Positions 9,189 through 18,890 of a DNA stretch of 64,000 nt are shown here, one piece after another (positions within the stretch are counted from its first letter, which is position 1; every line of letters begins with the position of its first letter). A model generated the notes under the pieces. It did no database searches and was not told the DNA's origin. It saw nothing but the letters and a program-made list of their open reading frames with translations. Both the position numbers and the translations under genes were made by a program. Where the stretch lies: NCBI GenBank assembly GCA_963784355.1, contig CAWAQU010000012.1, positions 64,001 through 128,000 of the forward strand, given 5' to 3'. This stretch comes from an uncultured bacterium. Its GTDB lineage: Bacteria > Patescibacteriota > JACMRA01.

Positions 9189-9214
9189 CTCCACCTAGCG
9201 TGGAGTATTTTTTT
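9189..9214 (+). terminator. second intrinsic terminator
   Basis: CTCCAC-ctagc-GTGGAG then TA-T7. Confidence 0.65.
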
Positions 9215-9374
9215 GGCTTAATTTTCTAATTTATTAACTTGCTTCACTTTTTATAAATATTTAATAAAATAAATTGCCTGCTCAAAAGGAAAATAATCTT
9301 AAATAATCTAATTTGTAGACAAGTTGTTTAGTTAATAGTTAGTAGATTTAAATGGGAGGTAGGCCCAAGGTACA

Positions 9375-10262
9375 TTAATTTGCGAAAAAACCTGTTAGAT
9401 TGCCCTCTTGTTGACCATAGACGTGATACCTATCCAAATTTAATGGATTATCAAGATTTATTTCAAAGTTACCAATTTGTTCAATTGTGGTGTAACCTGT
9501 TTTGTAACCAATTTCACGAGCAAGCTTAATTGTTTTTGAGTCAAAAGCGCCATATGGATATACAATTGTTGAAATTTCCATATTTAACTCCTTCTCTAAA
9601 AAGCTTTTGCTTTCTTTAAGCTCGGATATTATTTGCTGTTCTGATAGTCTTATTTTAGAGCCAAATTCTAAACAATTACTTGTATTTATTGCTTTACTAT
9701 TTTCGGGCTTTATAAATATCTTAAGTCTTTGACCAAATTCTAAATTGGATGATAAAGTACAGTGATTTGATGTGTGAGAATCAATGCCCATATTTCTTTT
9801 TTTGAGCACTTTGATCTGATCCAAGCTCATATAGTCAGGTTTGCCGATAGCACTTGTAATTATTGCAAAATTAGCTTTAAAATTATATTTCTCAAGAATT
9901 GGTAGAGCGGTATCAAAACTGTCAGAAAAACCATCATCGATAGTTATGATTATAGGATTATTTGGGAGAGGTTTTTGATTTTCAATATAATCCACCAAGT
10001 CTTTACTTAAAATCGGATTATAGTTTTTCTCTTTTAAATAAACCATCTGTTTCTCAAAAATTTCTGGGCCTACCTTCAAATCAAAGCTAATTTTGTTCTC
10101 GCTTTGTAGATTAGAATAACTTATATGATGATAGGTAAGAATTGGTATCCGTAGGGTTTTTCTGGATTTTTTATTAAACTGTAGAAGTAAAACTGGTACT
10201 ACAATCAGTAAGCAAATTAAGAAAATAGATAGAATTTTAGCTAACTGTAGATTTTTTTTCAT
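9375..10262 (-). CDS. polysaccharide deacetylase (CE4/NodB-like)
   Basis: PILTYHHI, ITIDDG, SHTSNH, YPYG. Confidence 0.9.
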   Translation of the reverse strand: MKKNLQLAKILSIFLICLLIVVPVLLLQFNKKSRKTLRIPILTYHHISYSNLQSENKISFDLKVGPEIFEKQMVYLKEKNYNPILSKDLVDYIENQKPLPNNPIIITIDDGFSDSFDTALPILEKYNFKANFAIITSAIGKPDYMSLDQIKVLKKRNMGIDSHTSNHCTLSSNLEFGQRLKIFIKPENSKAINTSNCLEFGSKIRLSEQQIISELKESKSFLEKELNMEISTIVYPYGAFDSKTIKLAREIGYKTGYTTIEQIGNFEINLDNPLNLDRYHVYGQQEGNLTGFFAN

Positions 10263-11664
10263 AGATTAATTCTCCAAAAATAAATAAAATGGTCCAATAT
10301 AGAGCAATTGCCTGACTTTCCCATAAGTGCAAAAATACATTACCTAAAAGAATAGCTACAAAAGCCAAGATTATGCTAAATTTTTGTATATTATAGTTTT
10401 TATGTATGAGAAATTTGTGTACCGGTATGAGTATTAGAGCTAAATACATTATGAAATACAATATGCCTCCATTTAAAATTAGTTGAATGTACCAACTTTC
10501 AGGTATGGTAAGACGTGTATTTAAAAATTGCCATTTGGAAGCTACAAAGCTATTTTCTGTCACAAGCCTCTCGGCCAAAATATTGTAATAATTTATTTTA
10601 GCTGCAGGCCCACTCATACCAAGTCCATAACCATGTAAAAATACAAAGTGATTCTGGTTTATAATATCCAGCCCGACTAAGATGGATCTGCTATGTCCCG
10701 CAGTTGAAGAAGGCTTGGCTATATAGTTGGGTGCTGAGTACAACTGTTCCTCAGAAATTTTTAAAAATTGTTTGCTCCCTACAATCGTTCCACAAAAAAC
10801 AAGAATACAGGCTGAAAGTATCAAAATGGGTTTAATGACCTCTATTTTAGCAAATTTAAGTAGAAATCTAGTTAGCAAAATATAAAAAATAAGCAATATA
10901 GCGGAAGCTGCAAGGCCAAACCAGGCAAATCTTGCAAGACTTAGAACTATAAAAATAATCCAAATACATAAAGTACCTATACCAAAAGTTTTGGATATAC
11001 TGTTTTTAGATTTTGATGTGAAGTTTATCAAAAAAGGTAAGACTAAGATGAGGTATCCGGCGAAGTGATTAGGGTTTCCAAAAACTCCTGCAAAGCTACA
11101 TGTTTTAGCTCTAAAATCTATTAGATGACAGCTTATAGGTGCTGTATCACTATTTATTTTTGAAAAACCTATTTGATTAAAAAATGTTTCCTGGCCGATA
11201 ACCAAGCTAACTATGAAAATTAAAATAATAGCAAGATAGCCAACTAAAACATAATTTACTAAGTTCTTTTTAAGAATTTTTAGATCAGGAGTAGTTAGAT
11301 TATACCAGGAAACGAGAATAGCAAAAAACCATAGCCATAACAACTCAAATCTGAAACCTATTATGAAAATATTAAGTTTTAAATGATTTAAGATAAGTGA
11401 TGTAAACGTGATGTATAGTGTTAAAAACGCAATTAAAATACCTGGCCAAATAGATTTAAAAGTTTCTATGATAGTTGGCTTCTTTACAAATATGGTTTTT
11501 ATACTATCAGCTACACAAAATAAGACTGTTAGAAGTATAATAATTTCTTTCCAGAAAACTAGTAACTCAAATTGATTTTTAGTTAAAAGTAGCGTAATTA
11601 TGGTCTGTACAGGCAATAGAGCAGCAAAAAGAAGTATAAATTGCTGTATATATTTTGAATACAT
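10237..11664 (-). CDS. O-antigen ligase/Wzy-like polytopic membrane protein
   Basis: GVFGNPNHFAGYL, SLARFAW, GYGLG, PESWYIQ; many TM helices. Confidence 0.75.
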   Translation of the reverse strand: MYSKYIQQFILLFAALLPVQTIITLLLTKNQFELLVFWKEIIILLTVLFCVADSIKTIFVKKPTIIETFKSIWPGILIAFLTLYITFTSLILNHLKLNIFIIGFRFELLWLWFFAILVSWYNLTTPDLKILKKNLVNYVLVGYLAIILIFIVSLVIGQETFFNQIGFSKINSDTAPISCHLIDFRAKTCSFAGVFGNPNHFAGYLILVLPFLINFTSKSKNSISKTFGIGTLCIWIIFIVLSLARFAWFGLAASAILLIFYILLTRFLLKFAKIEVIKPILILSACILVFCGTIVGSKQFLKISEEQLYSAPNYIAKPSSTAGHSRSILVGLDIINQNHFVFLHGYGLGMSGPAAKINYYNILAERLVTENSFVASKWQFLNTRLTIPESWYIQLILNGGILYFIMYLALILIPVHKFLIHKNYNIQKFSIILAFVAILLGNVFLHLWESQAIALYWTILFIFGELIYEKKSTVS

Positions 11665-11701
11665 AAAACCTTACTATTAATAGGTAAATAGCCTTATGTG
11701 A

Positions 11702-13084
11702 TTAGTTAGCTTCTACTTCCACCTCTTGTTTTCCTAAAACTCGATCAAATAACCAGCTAGCGCCTTTACTCCTCATCAATCTGTCAAAAGCGATTTCATG
11801 ATAGTACTCGTGCTCAGCATTTTTTCTAATATTGTATTCATCCGGCTTTTTCTCCATCTCATGAGCTACAGTTTCTAATTGCTCAGTAGTAATTTTATCT
11901 TCAATCTTTAATTCGTAAATAGTCCTTAAGATAAATACCCATTTAAACTCTTTTTTTACGTAATCGTTTATCTTGTTTTTAATCTCAACACCGTCGTCAA
12001 TCACTTTACCTTTAGTATCACTAATACCACTGGAAAGGAAAATCTCACCAAGACTTTGTCCTGTACTTTCAGCTTGTTGTTGTAATGTTTTTAAAATCCT
12101 ATTTTGTTCAGCTTCCATTCTATCCTCTGGTAAACTGAAATCAGGTACTACTTTCAAAGTATCTTGAATTAATTGTTTTCTTTGTAAATCCTCTTCAATT
12201 ACTTTTGTCTCTTGATCGTAATAGTTAGCCAAAAATTCTTGCAACTTTTCTTTATTTTCAAATTGTTTTTTAGCATTTTCAGTCTTCTCAAAAAGCTCAT
12301 CAAGATTTGTATAAGTTGGCTTTAGTATCTTTTTCACTTTAACTTTGTATTTAACACTAGAAGTTTTTTTACCTGTACTTGTAGGTACTTTGATACTAAA
12401 TTCTTTATCTTCATCAAGCTTTAGACCGATTAAATTAGATTGAAAATCTTCAGGTAATTCATCTGTACCTAAGGTATATGAAACATCTTTTAATTCTCTT
12501 GGCTCGGAGTCCTTAACTTCCTCAGTCAAATCTACAGTGACTTTATCAAATTTTTCTACAGCCTCAGTACTTTCAGCATAACTATTCAGTCCGGCTAAAA
12601 ATTTATTTTCTTCTCTGCTCACAAAACTTTCTTTGGACAATCTTTCAGGCATGTCTTCAACTTTAATCTCCGGTTTCTTAAGTTTTTCAAGACCAGATAA
12701 ATCAACTTTAGGAAGTAAATTTAGCATAATTCTAAATTTGAAACCTTCAGCTGTTTCTACAGTATGTTCAGGGTCGGTATCCACTGTTTGGCTTTGGATG
12801 ATTCTATCTTCTTTAGCTAAATTTTCTTTGATATCTTTTACTGCTTCACTACCGTATTTGGAAATAGTTTCTTGAAAAATTGTATCTTCTACAGCTGCAA
12901 CATTTACATTCTTTAGGGCTAATTCAGCTGGTGCTTTACCTTTTCTAAAACCGGGTACCTCTACATTGCTTAAAATTTGGTTTGTAAGTTTAGCTTTCCA
13001 AGGATTGTAGGTTTCTGCTTCAACAATATAATCAACAACATATGTTAAATCGTCAGCAAATTCGTTTTTAAGAACTTTAGGCAT
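11702..13084 (-). CDS. tig: trigger factor
   Basis: VPGFRKGKAP ribosome-binding motif; 460 aa. Confidence 0.9.
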   Translation of the reverse strand: MPKVLKNEFADDLTYVVDYIVEAETYNPWKAKLTNQILSNVEVPGFRKGKAPAELALKNVNVAAVEDTIFQETISKYGSEAVKDIKENLAKEDRIIQSQTVDTDPEHTVETAEGFKFRIMLNLLPKVDLSGLEKLKKPEIKVEDMPERLSKESFVSREENKFLAGLNSYAESTEAVEKFDKVTVDLTEEVKDSEPRELKDVSYTLGTDELPEDFQSNLIGLKLDEDKEFSIKVPTSTGKKTSSVKYKVKVKKILKPTYTNLDELFEKTENAKKQFENKEKLQEFLANYYDQETKVIEEDLQRKQLIQDTLKVVPDFSLPEDRMEAEQNRILKTLQQQAESTGQSLGEIFLSSGISDTKGKVIDDGVEIKNKINDYVKKEFKWVFILRTIYELKIEDKITTEQLETVAHEMEKKPDEYNIRKNAEHEYYHEIAFDRLMRSKGASWLFDRVLGKQEVEVEAN

Positions 13085-13260
13085 AATATATTAAAACTGC
13101 CCTTTTCAGCGCTTTTTGTCAAGAGTGTAGATTGCAAGCTTCAAAACATGACTAGATAGATATATTTATCTCACATATGCTATAAATTTTTGTAAATATG
13201 GTTATTTCATTGACAAATGCTAACAGATTCTTTAAAAAATATGTACTAAATGATATATTT

Positions 13261-15099
13261 ATGTGTGGTATTGTAGGTTATTATGGAAATCCGGAAAAAA
13301 TAATTGCTACTTTGGTTGGCGGCCTAAGACGTTTAGAATACAGGGGTTATGATTCTTCAGGAGTTGCAGTAATTGATTTGGATAGTCAAGTTTATACTCG
13401 TAAGGCAGTGGGCAAGATTGTAAACTTGGAAGAAAAGTTGGATTTTGATAATAATTTAAGATTTGGGAAAATTGGTATTGCACACACCCGTTGGGCTACG
13501 CATGGTGTACCAAGTGAGGCAAACGCTCACCCTCATACTAGTTTTGATCAAAAAATTTGGGTAGTGCATAATGGTATTTTTGAAAATTATCAGGAATTAA
13601 AAGCTGATTTGGAAAAACAGGGGATTCAATTCAAAAGTCAGACTGATACTGAAGTAATAGCTAATTTAATCTCAGTCAACTATAGTGGAGATTTGGCTGC
13701 TGCGGTCAGAATTGCACTTAGTAAAGTAAAAGGGGCTTTTGCACTTGGTATATTTTGTGTAGATGAACCTGACAGATTAATTGCAGTTAAATTAAGTGCT
13801 CCCTTGGTTCTTGGATTAAAAGATAATGAATATATTATTGCTTCTGATGTGAGCGCAATTATTTCTTTGACTCGAGATGTAATTTATTTAGAAGATGGTG
13901 AAATGGTAGATATAAATAATGGTAGCTACCAAATTTCAGATTTTGTGGGAAGTGGGAGGCAAAAACAAATTCAAAATATTGACTGGACTGAGGAAGAAGC
14001 AGGAAAAGAAGGGTATGAGCATTTCCTACTCAAAGAAATTATGGAACAGCCTAAATCTGTTGAAGATACAATTAGGGGTAGATTGCTTAGGGAAACAGGA
14101 GAGATAAAATTTGGTGGTTTGATTGATATAGAGGATAGACTAAAAAACATAAATAAAGTAATTTTGATTGGGGTAGGAACTTCTTATTATGCAGCAAAAC
14201 TTGGAGAAATGTATTTTGAAGAACTGACCGGGATTTCGGCCAAGGCTGAGATGAGCCCGGAATTTAGGTACAAAACTACAGTAGTTGATAAAAATACTTG
14301 GGTGATTGTCCTAAGCCAGTCCGGGGAAACTGCAGATACTATTGCTGCATTGCAAGAAGCTAAAAAGAGAGGGGTACTAGTGACAGGTATAGTAAACACA
14401 GTTGGTTCAACTATCTCTAGAATGACTGAGGCCGGTGTATATAATCATATCGGTCCTGAAATTTCCGTAGCTTCAACGAAAGCTTTTACCTCACAAAGTT
14501 TGCTGTTACTGATGCATGCAATTTTTTTGGGACGGCTAGGAGGTTTAAATTTATCCAAAGCTCAACAACTTATTGGTGAAATTGAGAAATTACCGGATTT
14601 AATATCTAAAACTTTGAAGAAAAATGAAGAGATTTTGGCTCTAGCAAAAAAATATTATGATGCAATAAACATGTTTTATTTGGGTAGAAAATTTAATTAT
14701 CCAATTGCACTAGAAGGGGCATTAAAAATCAAAGAAATTAGTTATATCCACTCCGAGGGTCTGAGTGGTGGGGAACTAAAACACGGTTTTATTGCGCTTA
14801 TTGATGAGAAAATGCCTACTATTGCTTTAGCTACAGAAGATTCAGTTTATGAAAAGATGCTAAGTAATTTGGAAGAAATTAAGGCTAGGGGTGGGGAGAT
14901 TGTAGCTGTTGCTTCCGAGGGTGATAAAAACATTCATAAAATTACCGACAACATTATCTTTGTGCCTAAAACGCTGGAGGAATTACAACCTTTGATTAAT
15001 AATGTAGTTTTGCAACTATTTGCTTATCACTGTAGTAACTTAAAAGGTTTGGATGTTGATAAACCCAGGAATTTGGCTAAAAGCGTGACGGTTGAGTAA
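13261..15099 (+). CDS. glmS: glutamine-fructose-6-phosphate transaminase
   Basis: True start MCGIVG at 13261; LEYRGYDS, HTRWATHG, SQSGET, PRNLAKSVTVE. Confidence 0.97.
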   Translation: MCGIVGYYGNPEKIIATLVGGLRRLEYRGYDSSGVAVIDLDSQVYTRKAVGKIVNLEEKLDFDNNLRFGKIGIAHTRWATHGVPSEANAHPHTSFDQKIWVVHNGIFENYQELKADLEKQGIQFKSQTDTEVIANLISVNYSGDLAAAVRIALSKVKGAFALGIFCVDEPDRLIAVKLSAPLVLGLKDNEYIIASDVSAIISLTRDVIYLEDGEMVDINNGSYQISDFVGSGRQKQIQNIDWTEEEAGKEGYEHFLLKEIMEQPKSVEDTIRGRLLRETGEIKFGGLIDIEDRLKNINKVILIGVGTSYYAAKLGEMYFEELTGISAKAEMSPEFRYKTTVVDKNTWVIVLSQSGETADTIAALQEAKKRGVLVTGIVNTVGSTISRMTEAGVYNHIGPEISVASTKAFTSQSLLLLMHAIFLGRLGGLNLSKAQQLIGEIEKLPDLISKTLKKNEEILALAKKYYDAINMFYLGRKFNYPIALEGALKIKEISYIHSEGLSGGELKHGFIALIDEKMPTIALATEDSVYEKMLSNLEEIKARGGEIVAVASEGDKNIHKITDNIIFVPKTLEELQPLINNVVLQLFAYHCSNLKGLDVDKPRNLAKSVTVE

Positions 15100-15152
15100 A
15101 TACCCAGGTTAAGTTGATATTATATTTACTTATTCTAAACCTGAAGATCACT

Positions 15153-15779
15153 TTAAGTGTTTATTAAGTGTTTAATAGCCTCTTGTATTTGATGATCAAA
15201 ATTATTATCCATATTTATCACTTTAAAACCATATTTTCTAGATTCTTCTTCAAAAAATTTTCCGTACTTGCAAATCATTTTTGCAATTTTGCTATATGTT
15301 TCTTCATTAATCGTTCTTTCGATTATCCAATTATTTGGTGTTGTGCTTTTTTTAATGCTACTTATAAACTTTGATTCATCAGTTTTGATAAGAGAAATAC
15401 TTTTAACTCTATTAGGATATTTTAAGGTTAATTCAGCAACTAGTTTAGGTTCAATATGGTAACCTTCAACTATAAAATCGTTGCCGTCTGCGATCTCGCA
15501 AATCGTAAACATATCAATTGCTGGATAAGAAGTTTTTGCCTGTACTTGATAAGCTTGGATAATTTCATCTATTGAATATTGAGAGTATTTTTCGTCATTA
15601 CTTTTTCCTCTTTGATAGATTGTAGGAAATTTTTCTGGATAATCATTCTCATCTATGTACGGTTTTATAACAACTTGAAGAGTATCGGTTGATATCCAAG
15701 GAATACCTTCCAGTTTTGACAATGTTTTTGCTAGAGTTGTTTTACCACATTTTGGTGGGCCTCCAATCAAATATATCAT
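15153..15779 (-). CDS. P-loop kinase (2-phosphoglycerate-kinase-like)
   Basis: IGGPPKCGKTT, ISTD, IVEG. Confidence 0.7.
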   Translation of the reverse strand: MIYLIGGPPKCGKTTLAKTLSKLEGIPWISTDTLQVVIKPYIDENDYPEKFPTIYQRGKSNDEKYSQYSIDEIIQAYQVQAKTSYPAIDMFTICEIADGNDFIVEGYHIEPKLVAELTLKYPNRVKSISLIKTDESKFISSIKKSTTPNNWIIERTINEETYSKIAKMICKYGKFFEEESRKYGFKVINMDNNFDHQIQEAIKHLINT

Positions 15780-15983
15780 ATACCTAGTGTGATAAGTAAG
15801 TTCTAAATATTTGTAAAGAAGGTCCTCAATGTTTCTATAAAAAATAGCTCTTTAATTTAAGTTTGGTACCCTTATAAGATAACAAGCCTTACCGACAATT
15901 TAATAATATCTGATGCCTGTGATTGTCTAAAAATCAAATAAAATCCTTTTGACATGATTTAAGATCTATCTTATGTTAAAAGC

Positions 15984-18830
15984 ATGTTACTTGCCAGAAC
16001 TTACTCCCATCACTCACTTCTATCAGCCGTACCTAAAATCAAAGATTTGATTAAAAATGCTAAAGCTAAGGGCTATACAAGTGTGGCTCTAACTGATGAA
16101 GAGACCGGTTCAGGGTTGATAGAGTTTTATGATACATGTAAAGCATTGGAAGTCAAACCCGTTCTTGGAGTAACTTTAAAAATGCCAAATATTTCCGGAG
16201 GTGAGATTTCTTTTGGAAGTAATAAACATTTTAGTAAAGTTGGAATTTTAGCAAAAGACGAGTCGGGTTACAAAGCACTACTGGAATTGATTAGTATTGC
16301 GAGAACTGTGCAAGAAACACCTACATATCATATTAGTTTGGAAAATATAGCAGAACAAATCAAGAAAAATAGACACTTATTTGTAGTACTTGCTGGGAAT
16401 GATCATGAGATAATTAGCAGTATTAAAAATAACGATTTAAAAGCTACAGAAAAAATTCTAAATAGTTACATAGATTGTGTTGGCAAAGAAAATATTTTGG
16501 TAGAATTAGCTTTTGCTTTGAGAGATCAAGCTATTGAAGAAGTTAAAGATATAAATATTAAATTAAGCAGTTTGTGTGATAAACATAATGTAAGATATAT
16601 AATTTCTCCGGCACCTAGGTATCTCGAACCTGAAGATGAAGAAATTTTTCGTACAGTGTTAGCCATCAGAAATCAAAAAAGACTAAATGATATTAGTTTA
16701 ACTAGAGATTTTTATATTCCCAGCCTTGAAGAATTGCAAAAAACTTATGAGTACTTACCTAACATTACCGACACTTCTAGTATTGAGGAGGAGATAAATA
16801 TTGATATTCGTGTAGACTATGCCTCTAAAGCGTCCGAAGCATTTTTTCCTCCTGTAGATTTACCTAAAGGACAGACTGACACAAATAAATTAAAGTGGCA
16901 GAGTTACATTGGTTTAATGCATAAGTTTGATCCTGAGAAACCCGATTATGACGAATGTGTGGCTAGATTTCCTTTTGAAAAATTGTCTGAATTGATTGAG
17001 CACTGCAGACAAATTAATCTTGATCCTAAAGTTTTAACTAGCTATCCTAAAGAATATTTCATAAAGTACACAATACAAAATTATTTTGATCAGATTGAAA
17101 AAGAACTACAGATTTTGGAAGATAAGGGTTTTTCCAGATATATTTTAGTAATTGCCGATTTAGCCCAATTTTGCCGTAAGAACAGCATTGTGGCTAGTGC
17201 TAGGGGCTCCGGAGTTGGGTCTTTGATTGGGTATTTAAATGACATTTCTACCCTGGATACTGTTTACTATAAAATTCCATTTGAAAGATTTTTAAATCCT
17301 TTGAGGCCTTCTGCACCCGATATTGATTTGGATGTAGCTGACGATCAGCGCGAGACAGTAATTAGATATTTAATTGAAAAGTATGGGAATGATAGAGTTT
17401 GCCAGATAATTACCTTTGGAGGAATGCTTCCAAGGGCCTGTATTAGAGATGTAGGTAGAGTCCTGGGCGTGTCGTATCGTAAGTGTGATCAGATTGCCAA
17501 ACTCGTGCCAAAACCTCCTTTTGGTAAAAAAGCTAGTTTTGAATTTGCCTTCATTACCTCGGCTGAATTTAGAGATTTGTATGAAAAAGACCAAGAGGCT
17601 CAAAGAATTATTGATATTGCAAAAAAGCTTGAAGGTAATTACCGCCACGCTTCAGTACATGCTGCAGCCGTGCTTGTAACACCAACCCCAACAACTGATT
17701 ACACACCGGTTCAATGGGATTCAGAACATAACATGTTGATTTCCCAATATGATTGGCATGATGCGGAAAAAGTGGGAATTTTACCATGTAAGATTGATGT
17801 TTTGGGTATTACAAATTATTCAATTTTAGGAAATAGTATTAAAATTGCCGATAGTAGGAAAAATATAAATATAGATTTATTTAGTCTGAATTTAAATGAT
17901 AAAAAAGTTTATGATTTACTTACTAAAGGTAGAACTATGGGAGTATTTCAACTATCCTCGGCAGCAATGACAAAGTATTTAACAGAACTAAAGCCCACAA
18001 AAGTGGAAGATTTAATGGCCATGGTAGCGCTGTATCGTCCGGGTCCTATGGCCAACATTCCCGAATTCATTAAGCGAAAAAATAATGCTAAGTATGTGAG
18101 TTATTATGTACCTGAAATGCAAGAGTGGATGGAAGGGACTTATGGTATATTGGTTTATCAGGAGGACATTATGTATACCTTCGTAAATTTGGCGGGTTAT
18201 ACATTCGGTGAGGCTGACAATGTACGTAGGGCCATGGGTAAAAAGATAAAATCGGTGCTTGATGCGGAATACCCGAAATTTTTGGAAGGATGTAAAAAAA
18301 GAAATATTGATGAAGAGAAAGTGAAAAACTTATGGGATTTGATTATTCCGTTTGCTGACTATAGTTTTAATAAAGCTCACTCAGGTGCTTATGGAATTGC
18401 AGCTTATTGGACGGCCTACATGAAAGCCAATTATCCTGCTGAGTTCATGACCGCACTTATGACTAGTGAAGCCAATGATTTAAATAAAATTGCTGCAGCT
18501 ATACCAGAATGTGAGGAACTTGGACTAAAAGTTTTGCCCCCGGATGTAAATCAATCTTTTGACAATTTTACCATTGAAGATGATACAACAATTCGCTATG
18601 GATTTAGTAGCGTAAAAAACTTAGGTAGTGATGTTATTAAATATATGATTCAAGATAGGGAAACCGGTGGTAAATTTAGCAGTATGGAAGACTTTTTAGA
18701 GAGAGTAAGTAAATTCCAAGGATTTAATAAACGTAGTCTGGAGGCTCTTATTTGGTCAGGTTCTTTGGATAGTTTAGGACAAAAAGTGGTGAGTAAAATG
18801 AAAGATAAGATACACCAGCAGGTTGCATAA
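15984..18830 (+). CDS. dnaE: DNA polymerase III alpha subunit, C-terminally short
   Basis: RGSGVGS, FERFLNP, PDIDLD, KIDVLG, YSFNKAHS, HhH region; 948 aa. Confidence 0.93.
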   Translation: MLLARTYSHHSLLSAVPKIKDLIKNAKAKGYTSVALTDEETGSGLIEFYDTCKALEVKPVLGVTLKMPNISGGEISFGSNKHFSKVGILAKDESGYKALLELISIARTVQETPTYHISLENIAEQIKKNRHLFVVLAGNDHEIISSIKNNDLKATEKILNSYIDCVGKENILVELAFALRDQAIEEVKDINIKLSSLCDKHNVRYIISPAPRYLEPEDEEIFRTVLAIRNQKRLNDISLTRDFYIPSLEELQKTYEYLPNITDTSSIEEEINIDIRVDYASKASEAFFPPVDLPKGQTDTNKLKWQSYIGLMHKFDPEKPDYDECVARFPFEKLSELIEHCRQINLDPKVLTSYPKEYFIKYTIQNYFDQIEKELQILEDKGFSRYILVIADLAQFCRKNSIVASARGSGVGSLIGYLNDISTLDTVYYKIPFERFLNPLRPSAPDIDLDVADDQRETVIRYLIEKYGNDRVCQIITFGGMLPRACIRDVGRVLGVSYRKCDQIAKLVPKPPFGKKASFEFAFITSAEFRDLYEKDQEAQRIIDIAKKLEGNYRHASVHAAAVLVTPTPTTDYTPVQWDSEHNMLISQYDWHDAEKVGILPCKIDVLGITNYSILGNSIKIADSRKNINIDLFSLNLNDKKVYDLLTKGRTMGVFQLSSAAMTKYLTELKPTKVEDLMAMVALYRPGPMANIPEFIKRKNNAKYVSYYVPEMQEWMEGTYGILVYQEDIMYTFVNLAGYTFGEADNVRRAMGKKIKSVLDAEYPKFLEGCKKRNIDEEKVKNLWDLIIPFADYSFNKAHSGAYGIAAYWTAYMKANYPAEFMTALMTSEANDLNKIAAAIPECEELGLKVLPPDVNQSFDNFTIEDDTTIRYGFSSVKNLGSDVIKYMIQDRETGGKFSSMEDFLERVSKFQGFNKRSLEALIWSGSLDSLGQKVVSKMKDKIHQQVA

Positions 18831-18890
18831 TTAAGAAGGAGCTACTTAAAATACCTAGGTCAACTCTCCTACTGTACCAACTGTTCAATT

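Noticed and set aside
9108-9196. GGGGCT and CTCCACC resemble tmRNA ends
   Set aside because: There is no T-arm, no CCA and no tag reading frame; both lie inside terminator hairpins.
13085-13260. Possible glmS ribozyme and the longer glmS start at 13198
   Set aside because: The region is short and holds divergent promoters, with no ribozyme core; GlmS needs Cys at position 2, so the start is 13261.
18700-18830. Split intein as an explanation for the short DnaE
   Set aside because: No intein N-terminal block follows the polymerase sequence.
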